Assembly (NCBI GenBank): GCA_944389135.1
Contig: CALXLG010000001.1
Coordinates: 89,421-153,420 of the forward strand
From: an uncultured Alphaproteobacteria bacterium
GTDB lineage: Bacteria; Pseudomonadota; Alphaproteobacteria; Rs-D84
DNA: 64,000 bases
Reading direction: 5' to 3'
Shown: piece by piece, positions 18,886 through 29,378 of the stretch
Position numbering within the stretch: position 1 is the first letter of the stretch
Layout of the letters: every line of letters begins with the position of its first letter
Translations under genes and position numbers: made by a program
Notes under the pieces: generated by a model
The model's input: only the letters and a program-made list of their open reading frames with translations
Database searches by the model: none
What the model was told of the DNA's origin: nothing

Positions 18886-20622
18886 ATGTCAGTTCGCGTA
18901 TTGCCTGATTCTTTAATAAATCAAATTGCTGCTGGTGAAGTAGTAGAACGTCCAGCAAGTGTTGTTAAAGAATTGGTTGAAAATGCGCTGGATGCTGGGG
19001 CAGACCAGATATTTATTGATGTTATTGACGGTGGCAGAACTTTGATATCGGTCATAGATAATGGCGCTGGTATGTCACGGGAAGATTTACAAAAAAGTGT
19101 TATGCGTCATGCAACATCAAAATTACCTGATGATGATTTATTGAATATAAATTTTATGGGGTTTCGTGGCGAAGCGTTGCCGTCTATCGCATCTGTGTCT
19201 GATATGACTATTGATACTTGTAATGGTGCGGATGAAAATGGTTGGTGCTTAGATTGTAATATAAATGAAATAAAGCCGTCCGATTGGGAAATAGGTACAA
19301 GAATACGTGTAAAAAACTTATTTTCAAAAACACCGGCCAGATTAAAATTTTTGCGCGCTGATAAGGCAGAGATGATGTCAGTATTAGACGTGGTAAAGCG
19401 TTTGGCAATGGCGCGCGCAGATGTTGGTTTCACCTTAAACAACAAATGGCGTTTCCCAAAAAATCAGGATATGTCGCAACGTATTGCAGATGTTATGGGA
19501 AATGATGTACAGGGGCGAATGCTGCAGATAAATGTTGGGTCTGCTTCTGATTCGTCAATGCGTTTAACAGGCTTTATTTCAGAACCAACTTTACGCAGAG
19601 CATCATCTGTTGACCAATATTTATTTGTAAATGGCAGACCTGTTAAAGATAAAGTTCTGGTTGGTGCGTTACGGGCGGCTTATATGGATGTAATGCATGC
19701 ACGTGAATTTCCTTTGTGTGCATTATATTTAACTATTAATCCACGATATGTTGATGTAAATGTTTCCCCAGCTAAGACGGAAGTGCATTTCTTGGAACCT
19801 TCACATGTTCGCGCTTTTATAATAAAGGCTTTGCGTGATGCGTTGGCAAAAACCCTGAATCATAATATTCATTTTAGTGGTTCTGTTGGAACAGAAAAAA
19901 CAATTTCAAAACCAGTTTATTTTAATGCAGAAAATAGACCAAAAGTAAGTTCGCCACATTATGCACCTGATATTGCATTTATGTTTAAAGCCCCAGTATC
20001 AGAAAATAAACAAAGTTATGAAGTTAATACGCCCGAACAAACCCCAGAAGAGATAAATTTGCCATTGGGGCGCGTAATAGGGCAGGTCGCAAATAAATAT
20101 ATATTGGCACAAAGCGGTGATAATCTAGTTATCGTTGACCAACATGCGGCGCATGAAAGAATAACATATGAACATTTGCGTAATCATACAATAAAAGTAC
20201 AACCACTATTGACACCTATTGTTATAAATATGCGTGCAGAAGATGTTGAGGCTGTCTTGTCTATTTCTGATGAAATGAAAAACTCTGGGTTGCATATAGA
20301 TGCGTTTGGTGATGATGCGGTTGCAATTTTTGAAAAGCCTGCAGATTGGGACTTAAACTGGGCAGAGCTTTTACATGCGGTCGCAGATGAAGTTCGTGAA
20401 TATGGGCATTCAAGTCAGTTGGCAGAGAAGTTGCATTTGAAACTGGCAAATTATGCCTGTCATCATAGTGTTAGAGCAGGACAAAAATTAGACTTTAATC
20501 AAATGGATACGCTTTTACGAGATATAGAAAAGACAACGCGTGGTGGTGAATGTAATCATGGACGTCCTGTTTATAAAATAATACCAATTACAGAAATAGA
20601 CGGCTGGTTTGAACGTATTTGA
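18886..20622 (+). CDS. mutL: DNA mismatch repair protein MutL
   Basis: 578 aa; N-terminal GHKL ATPase motifs (IAAGEVVERPASVVKELVENALDAGA, DNGAGM), C-terminal dimerisation domain. Confidence 0.9.
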   Translation: MSVRVLPDSLINQIAAGEVVERPASVVKELVENALDAGADQIFIDVIDGGRTLISVIDNGAGMSREDLQKSVMRHATSKLPDDDLLNINFMGFRGEALPSIASVSDMTIDTCNGADENGWCLDCNINEIKPSDWEIGTRIRVKNLFSKTPARLKFLRADKAEMMSVLDVVKRLAMARADVGFTLNNKWRFPKNQDMSQRIADVMGNDVQGRMLQINVGSASDSSMRLTGFISEPTLRRASSVDQYLFVNGRPVKDKVLVGALRAAYMDVMHAREFPLCALYLTINPRYVDVNVSPAKTEVHFLEPSHVRAFIIKALRDALAKTLNHNIHFSGSVGTEKTISKPVYFNAENRPKVSSPHYAPDIAFMFKAPVSENKQSYEVNTPEQTPEEINLPLGRVIGQVANKYILAQSGDNLVIVDQHAAHERITYEHLRNHTIKVQPLLTPIVINMRAEDVEAVLSISDEMKNSGLHIDAFGDDAVAIFEKPADWDLNWAELLHAVADEVREYGHSSQLAEKLHLKLANYACHHSVRAGQKLDFNQMDTLLRDIEKTTRGGECNHGRPVYKIIPITEIDGWFERI

Positions 20623-20706
20623 TTTTTCTGCTGATTTATAACTATTCTCTTTACACAAACGGCTTTTTTTACTATTCTGACAACATTAATTACAAGGAGA
20701 AATAAT

Positions 20707-21009
20707 ATGGAAGAAACAACTGCAGTTGTAGATAATGTTGCACAAGCAGCACCAACAGGAGATTGGATGGGATTGTTGCTGTATTGCGTTGTTGTATTTG
20801 CAATCATTTATATCTTTATGGTTCGCCCAAATAAAAAGCGTATGGCTGAATATCAGAAAATGTTAGATTCTTTGCAGGTTGGTAATCGGGTCTTGGCAGC
20901 TGGTATTTATGGGACGATTAAAAAAGTAAATGAAGCAACTATTGAGTTAGAAATTGCCAAAGGCGTTGTTGTAGAAGTTAGCAAAAACGCAGTTGCAAAT
21001 GTTGAGTAA
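20707..21009 (+). CDS. yajC: preprotein translocase subunit YajC
   Basis: 100 aa, single TM then GNRVLAAGIYGTIKKV motif; immediately upstream of secD-secF. Confidence 0.8.
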   Translation: MEETTAVVDNVAQAAPTGDWMGLLLYCVVVFAIIYIFMVRPNKKRMAEYQKMLDSLQVGNRVLAAGIYGTIKKVNEATIELEIAKGVVVEVSKNAVANVE

Positions 21010-21021
21010 AAGGGGCAGGGT

Positions 21022-22578
21022 ATGTTTAAAAAGTTAGCCATTATTTTTGTTGCTGTGTTTGGTGTCTTGTTGGCTGTTCCAACAATGTCTCCTAAATTGG
21101 CGCCTTACTTTCCGTCTTGGATTCAACCAATTCCATTAGGGTTGGACCTAAAAGGTGGTGCGCAACTGCTGTTAGAAGTTGATACGGATACTATGTTTCG
21201 TGAAAAGTCTGCACAATTATATGATGAAGTTCGCAGCAGTCTGATTGATCGTGATAAAGGTGTAATTCGTTTTTCTAACTTACGTAATTCAGACGGTGTT
21301 GTTTCTTTCGTTGTTCGTGATGAAAATCAAGTATCTGATGCCAAGGGACGTTTGAAAAGTGCTTTGGGTGATACGGTAGATATTTCATCCGATGGAAAGA
21401 CAATAAAACTTTCTTATTCGGATAAAGCAAAAAATGAAATGGTTCAAGATGCTTTGTCTCGTAGTATAGAAATTGTTCGTCGTCGTATTGATGCGCTGGG
21501 AACCAAAGAGCCTTCTATCCAAAGTCAGGGTGGTAAATATATTTTGGTGCAATTACCTGGTGTCGATAATCCAGAACGTATAAAAGAATTAATTGGTCAA
21601 ACTGCAAAAATGACTTTCCATTTGGTAAATGAAAATGTCACTCAAGAGCAAATGTTGTCAGGGCATGCACCAAAAGGAACAGAGTTTTTACCATTTATGG
21701 ATGCGCCAGAACAAAAAATACCTGTTTATTCACGTATAGAAGTTTCTGGTGAAGCCTTGAAAGATTCTCAGGCTGACTTTGACCAGCATAATATGCCTGT
21801 TGTTACAACGACTTTTGATGCAACCGGTGCACGTAAATTTGCTAAACTGACAACCGAACACGTAAATGAAAGATTTGCAATTGTTTTAGACGGAAAGGTT
21901 TTATCCGCACCAACAATTCGTGAACCAATTCCTGGTGGACGTGGTCAGATTTCTGGTGGGTTTACTTTGCAAGGCGCAAAAGATTTGGCAGTTTTATTGC
22001 GTAGTGGTGCATTGCCGGCCCCCTTGCAGGTAATAGAAGAACGTACTGTCGGTGCGGGACTTGGGGCAGATACAATTGCAGCTGGAAAAATTGCGTCACT
22101 GGCAGGTTTAATCTTTATCATGATTTTCATGATTGTTTGCTATCGTGGCTTTGGTGTAATTGCTAGCTTTGTTTTAGTAGTTAACTTGGCTATGATAATT
22201 GGTGTGTCTGCGTTCTTGGGGGCGACTTTGACGCTGCCTGGTATTGCTGGTATCGTGTTAACGCTTGGTATGGCGGTAGACGCAAACATTCTGCCTTTTG
22301 AACGTATTCGTGATGAAATAAGGGCAGGTGCGACACCACTGCGTGCAGTAGAAGCTGGATTCCATCGTTCTATGAAAGCGGTATTAGACGGTAATTTAAC
22401 TAATTTGATTTGCTCGTTAGTTTTGTTCCAATTCGGGGCCGGTCCAATTCGTGGTTTCGCTGTAACGCTGTCTGTTGGTGTGCTTACAACTTTGTTTACC
22501 TGCGTTTCATTGTCCAAAGTTATTATTGACTGGTATATGAACGGTAAAAATAAAAAAATTGGATACGTAAAAGATTAA
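21022..22578 (+). CDS. secD: protein translocase subunit SecD
   Basis: 518 aa; LGLDLKGG motif, large periplasmic domain, C-terminal 5 TM bundle. Confidence 0.9.
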   Translation: MFKKLAIIFVAVFGVLLAVPTMSPKLAPYFPSWIQPIPLGLDLKGGAQLLLEVDTDTMFREKSAQLYDEVRSSLIDRDKGVIRFSNLRNSDGVVSFVVRDENQVSDAKGRLKSALGDTVDISSDGKTIKLSYSDKAKNEMVQDALSRSIEIVRRRIDALGTKEPSIQSQGGKYILVQLPGVDNPERIKELIGQTAKMTFHLVNENVTQEQMLSGHAPKGTEFLPFMDAPEQKIPVYSRIEVSGEALKDSQADFDQHNMPVVTTTFDATGARKFAKLTTEHVNERFAIVLDGKVLSAPTIREPIPGGRGQISGGFTLQGAKDLAVLLRSGALPAPLQVIEERTVGAGLGADTIAAGKIASLAGLIFIMIFMIVCYRGFGVIASFVLVVNLAMIIGVSAFLGATLTLPGIAGIVLTLGMAVDANILPFERIRDEIRAGATPLRAVEAGFHRSMKAVLDGNLTNLICSLVLFQFGAGPIRGFAVTLSVGVLTTLFTCVSLSKVIIDWYMNGKNKKIGYVKD

Positions 22579-22594
22579 TGAAAGGATTTGTGTC

Positions 22595-23461
22595 ATGAAA
22601 CTGAAGTTTATGAAATATCGTAAATTATCATACTGGATTTCTGGGTTGTTGATTGCGTTGTCTGTGTTGTCGTTGGCAACGCGTGGGTTAAACTATGGTA
22701 TTGATTTTGCCGGCGGTATATCAATGGAAGTAACACCTGTTTCTCAAGATTATACAATTGATAAAATGCGTCATGCATTGGCAGAATTTAGCCCAGAGTT
22801 GCAATCTATAGATAACAATCGTGCAATTTTGGTTCGTGTCGGTTTGCCAAAAGGTGCAACTGATGCGCAGCAAAATCAACGTGTTGCAGAAATTAAAAAC
22901 ATATTGGGAAATAACGTAGAATATTCACAAGTACAAATCGTTGGGCCTAAAATTGGTGGCGAGCTTGTACGTGGTGGTATTTTAGCTGTTCTATTCTCTT
23001 TCGTGTTAATGGCTGTATATGTTTGGGTTAGGTATCGTGGCGGTTATGCAATAGGTTCATTTTTGTCTTTGGTACTAGACTTTATAATAATGTTTGGATT
23101 CTTTTCTGTTACAGGACTTGAATTTAATCAGACATCTATTGCGGTTATCTTAATGGGTGTTGGTTATTCTATTAATGATAAAGTCGTAAACTATGATAGA
23201 ATTGAAGAAAATATTAAAAAATATCATAAGATGCCGATGAATGATTTAATAGATTTGTCTGTTAATGAAATGTTACGCAGAACTATAATGACTGGGCTTT
23301 CAACAATATTGGCTATGGTTGCGTTATATTTGTTCGGTGGAACAATGTTGCGTGAATTTGCAATATCTATGACTTTCTCGGTTGTTATGGGAACGCTGAC
23401 AAGTATTTATATCTCTAACGTAATCTTATATCACTTTAATCTTAGAGATAATGAAAAATAA
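22595..23461 (+). CDS. secF: protein translocase subunit SecF
   Basis: 288 aa; GIDFAGG motif; 6 TM; follows secD. Confidence 0.9.
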   Translation: MKLKFMKYRKLSYWISGLLIALSVLSLATRGLNYGIDFAGGISMEVTPVSQDYTIDKMRHALAEFSPELQSIDNNRAILVRVGLPKGATDAQQNQRVAEIKNILGNNVEYSQVQIVGPKIGGELVRGGILAVLFSFVLMAVYVWVRYRGGYAIGSFLSLVLDFIIMFGFFSVTGLEFNQTSIAVILMGVGYSINDKVVNYDRIEENIKKYHKMPMNDLIDLSVNEMLRRTIMTGLSTILAMVALYLFGGTMLREFAISMTFSVVMGTLTSIYISNVILYHFNLRDNEK

Positions 23462-23500
23462 CCAATAAGATAATGTGTAAAAAGTAGGGAGGGTAATGAA

Positions 23501-25006
23501 ATGGGAATAAAAAAAATCGTTTTATTTGCTTTGCTTGCTTTTTGCACATTGCCTGTTCGGGCAGAAAGTCTTTTCTTTGAAGACGAGCCCATACAAGATG
23601 GCTTAAATGTTTTTGATGTATCTAATACTTTTGCTGATATTTATAAAAAGCTAGATAGTGTTAGTTGGGGCGGTAAGAATATAAATATAGCTATTGAAAG
23701 TTTAGAAAAGTTAAATACTAATGCACATATTGCAGCAACAGATGAAAGAGTTGTCTTAGTTTGGAAAGATGCGATAATTGCAAATTATCCCAGACCAGAG
23801 GCGGGTGATTGGCAAGGCTTTGGTGAAATCACAACAGCACTTGTATTAAAAATGCGTGCAAATGACGCAACGTTGCATAATGCCAGTGAAAGTGAAATGT
23901 ATCAAATGGTTGTAGATAGTTTGATGCGTGGAATTGATGAAAATGGACGTTATATTTTTTCCGAAGAAGCTGAAATTGCCGAAGATGGCAGAATACTTAC
24001 CAGTGTCGGTCTGGAAGGTATGCGCGATGCCAAAGGTAATTATCGTATAACCGGTATTTATAAAGATTCCCCAGCAGATACAGCAGGAATAAAAGAAGGG
24101 GACTTAATTGCAGAAATTAATGGTACCAGTGTTGCTAAGATGTCAGATTCTGAATTGGCGTCGGTTATGTCTGGTTTTAATTCTGGGACTTCAAAATTAA
24201 AATTATTGACGCCGTCTGGTAATAAAGATGTGGTTTTGCGTCGTGCAACTATTATTTTAGCAGATGCTGATGTTGTACATCGCAGTGACCCACAGACTGG
24301 TGGAATATTAGAAATAGTAGTGCATAAGATATCTGATAATTCCGCAGCAATTGTTAATGAAGCGTTGGGCAAGTACTCTGATTTGTCTGGTATAATTTTG
24401 GACTTGCGTGCGGCAAGTGGTGATGATGAAAGGGCGGCCGCAAAACTAGCAGGTTTGTTTATAGGGACCGAGCCTGTATTACGAATCGTTGAAACAGCGC
24501 GTGATGAAGTAGAAGTTGTCCCAGGTGGTGATGCTGTTACAGATGCACCGGTGGTTGTGTTAATGTCAAATATGACCCGTGGTACAGCAGAAGCTGTTGC
24601 AGCTGCTTTTTATGAAAATGAACGTGGTGTTTTAGTCGGAACGCCAACAGCAGGAAGCGCACGAATCGCAACACGTATAAGCTTAGATAATGGTGGGGCT
24701 TTGGAATTATTAAATAAATCTATAAAGACAGGTAAGGGCAGAAAAATAGACGGACGTGGTTTATTCCCGATAGTTTGTTTGTCTAATATTCGTTCTTCTT
24801 CACAACAAAATGCATTTTTCTTAAATGTTATAAATAACGATTTTAATGCCCAAGATTTTAATCAAAATGAAGATATAGATGTTGCTGATATCAGACGTGG
24901 TTGCCCTGTGATTACAAGTGGGGCAGACGAAGACGCTTTGGCGGCAGCCGTGTCAGTTAAAATTTTAACAGACAGTAAAGTTTATAATAAATTAATCGCA
25001 GAATAA
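23501..25006 (+). CDS. S41 (C-terminal processing peptidase)-like protein with PDZ domain, catalytic serine apparently substituted
   Basis: 501 aa, signal peptide; PDZ-like GIYKDSPADTAGIKEGDLIAEING; region corresponding to GSASASE reads MTRGTAE. Confidence 0.5.
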   Translation: MGIKKIVLFALLAFCTLPVRAESLFFEDEPIQDGLNVFDVSNTFADIYKKLDSVSWGGKNINIAIESLEKLNTNAHIAATDERVVLVWKDAIIANYPRPEAGDWQGFGEITTALVLKMRANDATLHNASESEMYQMVVDSLMRGIDENGRYIFSEEAEIAEDGRILTSVGLEGMRDAKGNYRITGIYKDSPADTAGIKEGDLIAEINGTSVAKMSDSELASVMSGFNSGTSKLKLLTPSGNKDVVLRRATIILADADVVHRSDPQTGGILEIVVHKISDNSAAIVNEALGKYSDLSGIILDLRAASGDDERAAAKLAGLFIGTEPVLRIVETARDEVEVVPGGDAVTDAPVVVLMSNMTRGTAEAVAAAFYENERGVLVGTPTAGSARIATRISLDNGGALELLNKSIKTGKGRKIDGRGLFPIVCLSNIRSSSQQNAFFLNVINNDFNAQDFNQNEDIDVADIRRGCPVITSGADEDALAAAVSVKILTDSKVYNKLIAE

Positions 25007-25021
25007 TACGGTGGGTGTGTT

Positions 25022-25720
25022 ATGTTTTTAACAAAAGATAATAAAATAAAATGGAAGTGGCTTGGGTATGGCGCAGTTATAACACTTGTGTTGGTGTTTG
25101 CAGGGATATTCTGGTTTGATAAACCACTGTATTTGTTTATGCGTAATTTTGATGCGCCTGTGTGGAGATTATTTGACTTATTATTTGATGCAAAAATATG
25201 GTTAATTGTTTCTGCGGTGGTTTTGTTATTCTTTTATATAAAGAAGTCTTTAAAAGTTAGACCAAAAATAAAAAATGAAAATAATAAGTTTAGTTTGGGT
25301 GTTTTTATTAAAGACGCTTTTTTAAAAGTTCATAACAGTTATGCGTTTTATGTATTTTGTTCGGTATTGGCAGCAAGCGTTGTTGGTAAAATCTTAAAGA
25401 TTTTAATTGGGCGCGCACGTCCTATATTTTATGAAGCGTTAGATATGACGGGCTTTTTCCCGCTATCTACAGAATGGGCATTTAATTCGATGCCATCTGG
25501 TCATACGTTTGCATCGTTTGCGGGCTTGGTAATGATTGGTTTGTTGGCGCCAAAAGTAAAATGGTTTACATGGACTTTGGCAATAATAATTGGGGCATCG
25601 CGTGTATTTTATGGCGCGCATTGGCCGACAGATGTTATTATGGGGGCTTTTATTGGTATGGCAATGGCAGACTTGGTAAAAGCCGCGTTAAAATCACGTG
25701 CACTAGATTTAGAAAAATAA
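25022..25720 (+). CDS. PAP2-family lipid phosphatase
   Basis: 232 aa; PAP2 motifs KxxxxxxRP (KILIGRARP), PSGH (MPSGHT), SRxxxxxHxxxD (SRVFYGAHWPTD); multiple TMs. Confidence 0.7.
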   Translation: MFLTKDNKIKWKWLGYGAVITLVLVFAGIFWFDKPLYLFMRNFDAPVWRLFDLLFDAKIWLIVSAVVLLFFYIKKSLKVRPKIKNENNKFSLGVFIKDAFLKVHNSYAFYVFCSVLAASVVGKILKILIGRARPIFYEALDMTGFFPLSTEWAFNSMPSGHTFASFAGLVMIGLLAPKVKWFTWTLAIIIGASRVFYGAHWPTDVIMGAFIGMAMADLVKAALKSRALDLEK

Positions 25721-25743
25721 TCAAATCTAAATACTAACATTTT

Positions 25744-27999
25744 ATGCTTTTTTGTGATAAAATGCTTGTCATGGAAAAACAATCTCATTTTTTACCTGAA
25801 AGAGTTTCTGGGGCACTGAAAAGCATGACTAAACGAATTATCGGTGTGGTCTTAATGCTGATTGGGCTGTGGGCTTTGTTTGCATTATTTTTTTATGACC
25901 CTTATCTTGATGGGTTTGCGGCCGCCAGTACATTTGGTAATCAATCTTTTATGGGGCAGGTTGTTGGTTTTGTAAGATATGGCGTTGGCTTTGTACCAGC
26001 AATGTTTTTGTTCTTATGTTTGTCGCGTTTTGGACTAAGCTTGACTGCAAATTGGGAAGAAAGCAATGCACCAGAATATAATATTTTACGTGGTTTTATT
26101 GCTTTATGTATGGGGGCAATAGGCTTTGGTTTGATAATGCCTTCGGCAACGTTTGGTGGATTGGCGGGATATTTAGTCGCAGCTGATGTGTTATCTGTTA
26201 TCGGTAATTGGGGAATTGCTTTTGGGGTATTAGCTATATGTGCTTTCTTTTATCTGGCGGCAACTTTATTACATATTAAGTGGGTACATATTAAATCTTG
26301 TGCAAGGCTTGTTATAAAAGCTGTGCGTTGGGTGGCATCTGTTTTCCATTTGGCAAAACCGGAATATTCGTATGAAGAAGCAGCCGAAGAAGAAATGGAA
26401 GAAGAAGCGGAAGAGGTAGAAGAGCCTGTCGCCAAAGAACGCCCTGCTAGAAAGAAACCAAGAAGAATTTCTAAGGTAGAAACAAAAGAATTTAGTGGTG
26501 AACAAGAATATGAATTGCCTGACCCTGCATTTTTGGAGAAGTCTAGTTTTGGTAAAAATGTTGTGACCCCAGAACTAAAAAGGAATGCGGCGGCTATGGA
26601 AATACACTTTGCAGAATATGGTGTTCGTGGGCATGTCGTTGGTATTCGCCCAGGGCCAATTGTTACTTTATATGAATTTATGCCAGAAAGCGGCGTTCGT
26701 ATGGTTGATATTAATAAGACCGTTAAAGATATGACGCGTGCAATGGCAACTGAAAATATTCGTATTGCTCATATCCCAAGTACACAATTAATTGGCGTGG
26801 AAATGGTTAATTTAAATCGTCAAATGGTAAGATTTCAATCTCTTGTTGATAATGATACTTTTATTAATTCTAAGTATAGAATTCCGCTGGCATTGGGGGT
26901 AGATATTGGTGGTAATCCAATGTATTTTGATTTGGCAAAAATGCCTCACGTTTTAATTGCAGGGCGTACCGGTTCTGGTAAATCTGTTTTTGTTCAATCA
27001 ATAATCATGTCAATTTTATATCACTTTACACCTGATAAATGTAAGCTGATGATAGTTGACCCAAAAGGTGTTGACTTTACATTATGGGACAATATACCGC
27101 ACTTGATTACACCAGTATTAACGGATGCAAATGCATCAGTAAACGCATTAAAATGGTCTGTGCGTGAAATGGAAGAAAGATATAAGCGACTGCAATTATT
27201 AGGGGTACAGAATATAGAAGGGTATAATGAAGCAGTCAGAAAAAAGCGTGCAAATGGTGAAGTTTTAACGCGTCAAGTTGCAGTTGGAACAGACCCAGAA
27301 ACGGGCGAGTTAGAATTTGAAACACAAGAAGTTGATTTATCAGATATGCCATATTTGGTTATAATAATAGACGAGGTGGCGGACTTGATGTCTGTCGCGC
27401 GTAAAGATGTAGAAGCGTGTGTTCAACGTTTGGCACAAAAAGCACGTGCGGCGGGAATACACTTAGTTGCGGCGACTCAGCGTCCTGATACGTCTGTTAT
27501 AACCGGTGTTATCAAAGCAAACTTCCCAACACGTATTTCTTTCCAAGCGCGCAGTGCAATTGACTCTATGACAACGTTGGGTGAAAAAGGGGCAGAGCAG
27601 TTGTTGTCTTGTGGTGATATGTTATTTAGTGAGGCAGGACGCGTGCCAGTACGTATACATGGTGCATTTATAGAAAATACAGAAATAAATCGTGTCGCAG
27701 ATTTCTTGCGCGAACAAGGAGAACCTGAATACGTTGCTGGAATTTCTGAATCAGAAGATAGTGGCGTTGGCTTTGGTGCTGGGGCAATTCCTGGTATGGC
27801 ACCGACCAAGGCAGATAAAGATGCTGATTTATATACGCAAGCAAAAGAGTATGTTTTAAGAGATAAAAAACCTACGATTTCTTATATCCAGCGTAGATTG
27901 GGTATTGGGTATAATAAAGCCGCGGGCTTTATGGAAAGAATGGAGGCAGATGGTATCGTTAGCCCACCAGATGCAAATAATAAAAGACATATTTTGTAA
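25744..27999 (+). CDS. ftsK: DNA translocase FtsK
   Basis: 751 aa; N-terminal TMs, acidic EEAEE linker, motor domain Walker A AGRTGSGKS, C-terminal gamma winged-helix (ISYIQRRLGIGYNKAAGFMERME). Confidence 0.9.
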   Translation: MLFCDKMLVMEKQSHFLPERVSGALKSMTKRIIGVVLMLIGLWALFALFFYDPYLDGFAAASTFGNQSFMGQVVGFVRYGVGFVPAMFLFLCLSRFGLSLTANWEESNAPEYNILRGFIALCMGAIGFGLIMPSATFGGLAGYLVAADVLSVIGNWGIAFGVLAICAFFYLAATLLHIKWVHIKSCARLVIKAVRWVASVFHLAKPEYSYEEAAEEEMEEEAEEVEEPVAKERPARKKPRRISKVETKEFSGEQEYELPDPAFLEKSSFGKNVVTPELKRNAAAMEIHFAEYGVRGHVVGIRPGPIVTLYEFMPESGVRMVDINKTVKDMTRAMATENIRIAHIPSTQLIGVEMVNLNRQMVRFQSLVDNDTFINSKYRIPLALGVDIGGNPMYFDLAKMPHVLIAGRTGSGKSVFVQSIIMSILYHFTPDKCKLMIVDPKGVDFTLWDNIPHLITPVLTDANASVNALKWSVREMEERYKRLQLLGVQNIEGYNEAVRKKRANGEVLTRQVAVGTDPETGELEFETQEVDLSDMPYLVIIIDEVADLMSVARKDVEACVQRLAQKARAAGIHLVAATQRPDTSVITGVIKANFPTRISFQARSAIDSMTTLGEKGAEQLLSCGDMLFSEAGRVPVRIHGAFIENTEINRVADFLREQGEPEYVAGISESEDSGVGFGAGAIPGMAPTKADKDADLYTQAKEYVLRDKKPTISYIQRRLGIGYNKAAGFMERMEADGIVSPPDANNKRHIL

Positions 28000-28094
28000 A
28001 ATAAGAAAAACGTCTTATGTTTAGGCGTTTTTTATTTAAAAGCTTTTTTATAAGTATTTTTTATGATATAATTTTGTCAAAAGGAGTTTTTAAT

Positions 28095-29303
28095 ATGAAA
28101 AAGCATATGTCTTTATTTGTATGGGCAATTACATTATTTGGTCTATCACCTGTTTGGGCCGCAACCAATTCTGGTACGCGTGCTGCATCCAGTGCGGATT
28201 TAACAGGACAACCGGCAGTACGTGAACGTACACAAGTCAATTATCAAAAATATGAAACGCGTACTTCTACAAAGACATATGATGAAAAAGACGCAAAAAA
28301 TATTTATTATACTCAACCTGCAAATCGCAGTCAGTTGTATAAACAATATGCAAGTGGAAATAATTCAGGAACAACTGTTCGTACAACACGGTCTGAAACT
28401 TATACAAGTGAATTAAAACGTAAGTATTTCTTGGCACATCCTTTCTTCCAACCATTAAAGGGGAAGTTTGGTTCTGTTACAGATTTGTCTTATGCAATGA
28501 GCTCTTATGATATCAAATTAACACCTTTGGAAACTGGGGCTATTTCCGACCCAAATGGTAAATGGGATATGACTCAATTCTCTATCAAGGAAGACTTTAG
28601 CTATGGTATCACAGACCGTATTGCTGTCTTGGCTATGTTGCAATATGATATGTCGGACTATAAGTTTGATTGGTCAACTGCACCAGATGACTCTATGGAT
28701 GATAGCGGTTTAAATATGTTTGGTTTAGGTGCTCAGTGGCGTTTTGTTGATAACGAAGATTGGATTGCAACTGTATCTGGTTATTATCAACATCAAAACG
28801 ACATTTCTAATAATTTCTTGTTAGATTTAAAGGGGGGATATAAAGTTTCTTCTTCTACTATATACGGTGTGGTTCGTGGTTGGTATGTTGCATTGGATGG
28901 TAATTCTTACGGCAACGGTATAGAAGGTACTACTGCAGAAGGAATGAAATCAACCTTGTTCTTAGCTTATAATACAGATGTTGATAATTTGTTTTATGTA
29001 GAAGGTGGAGTTGGTATCTTCAGCGTACTGGATGAAGATTGGACATTGAATTTTGAAGGTTTAATCGGTAATTATGATTGGCACAACCAAGCAAGCTTAA
29101 AGGCTGCAATCGGTTGGCAACCAAATGATTGGATGGCTTTGAATCTGTATGCAAAAACAGCAGTTTATGATTCTGCAGATGGTAAAGCTTTAAGCTTCTG
29201 GGGAACTGATGCAGAAACAGGAAACTTTGTTCGCATGGGAACTGCTGGCATAGATAACTATTCCGAAACATCAATTGGTTTGCAAGCTACGTTCTTGTTC
29301 TGA
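28095..29303 (+). CDS. outer-membrane beta-barrel protein (hypothetical)
   Basis: Signal peptide MKKHMSLFVWAITLFGLSPVWAA; alternating amphipathic beta-strand pattern; C-terminal aromatic LQATFLF; start moved from 28017 to 28095. Confidence 0.5.
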   Translation: MKKHMSLFVWAITLFGLSPVWAATNSGTRAASSADLTGQPAVRERTQVNYQKYETRTSTKTYDEKDAKNIYYTQPANRSQLYKQYASGNNSGTTVRTTRSETYTSELKRKYFLAHPFFQPLKGKFGSVTDLSYAMSSYDIKLTPLETGAISDPNGKWDMTQFSIKEDFSYGITDRIAVLAMLQYDMSDYKFDWSTAPDDSMDDSGLNMFGLGAQWRFVDNEDWIATVSGYYQHQNDISNNFLLDLKGGYKVSSSTIYGVVRGWYVALDGNSYGNGIEGTTAEGMKSTLFLAYNTDVDNLFYVEGGVGIFSVLDEDWTLNFEGLIGNYDWHNQASLKAAIGWQPNDWMALNLYAKTAVYDSADGKALSFWGTDAETGNFVRMGTAGIDNYSETSIGLQATFLF

Positions 29304-29306
29304 TTA

Positions 29307-29356
29307 CTTTATGTACATTTCGCCTGATGAAAATTTCGGGCGAAGTGTACTTTTTG
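29307..29356 (+). terminator. Rho-independent terminator after OMP gene
   Basis: GTACATTTCGCC...GGCGAAGTGTAC long hairpin followed by TTTTTGTTTTTT. Confidence 0.55.
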
Positions 29357-29378
29357 TTTTTTATTATGGGGTGGGAGT

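Noticed and set aside
26340-26470. Repetitive GAAGAA / EEAEE-coding stretch that looks like a tandem repeat
   Set aside because: It encodes the acidic linker of FtsK between the membrane and motor domains; low-complexity coding repeat, not a separate repeat element.
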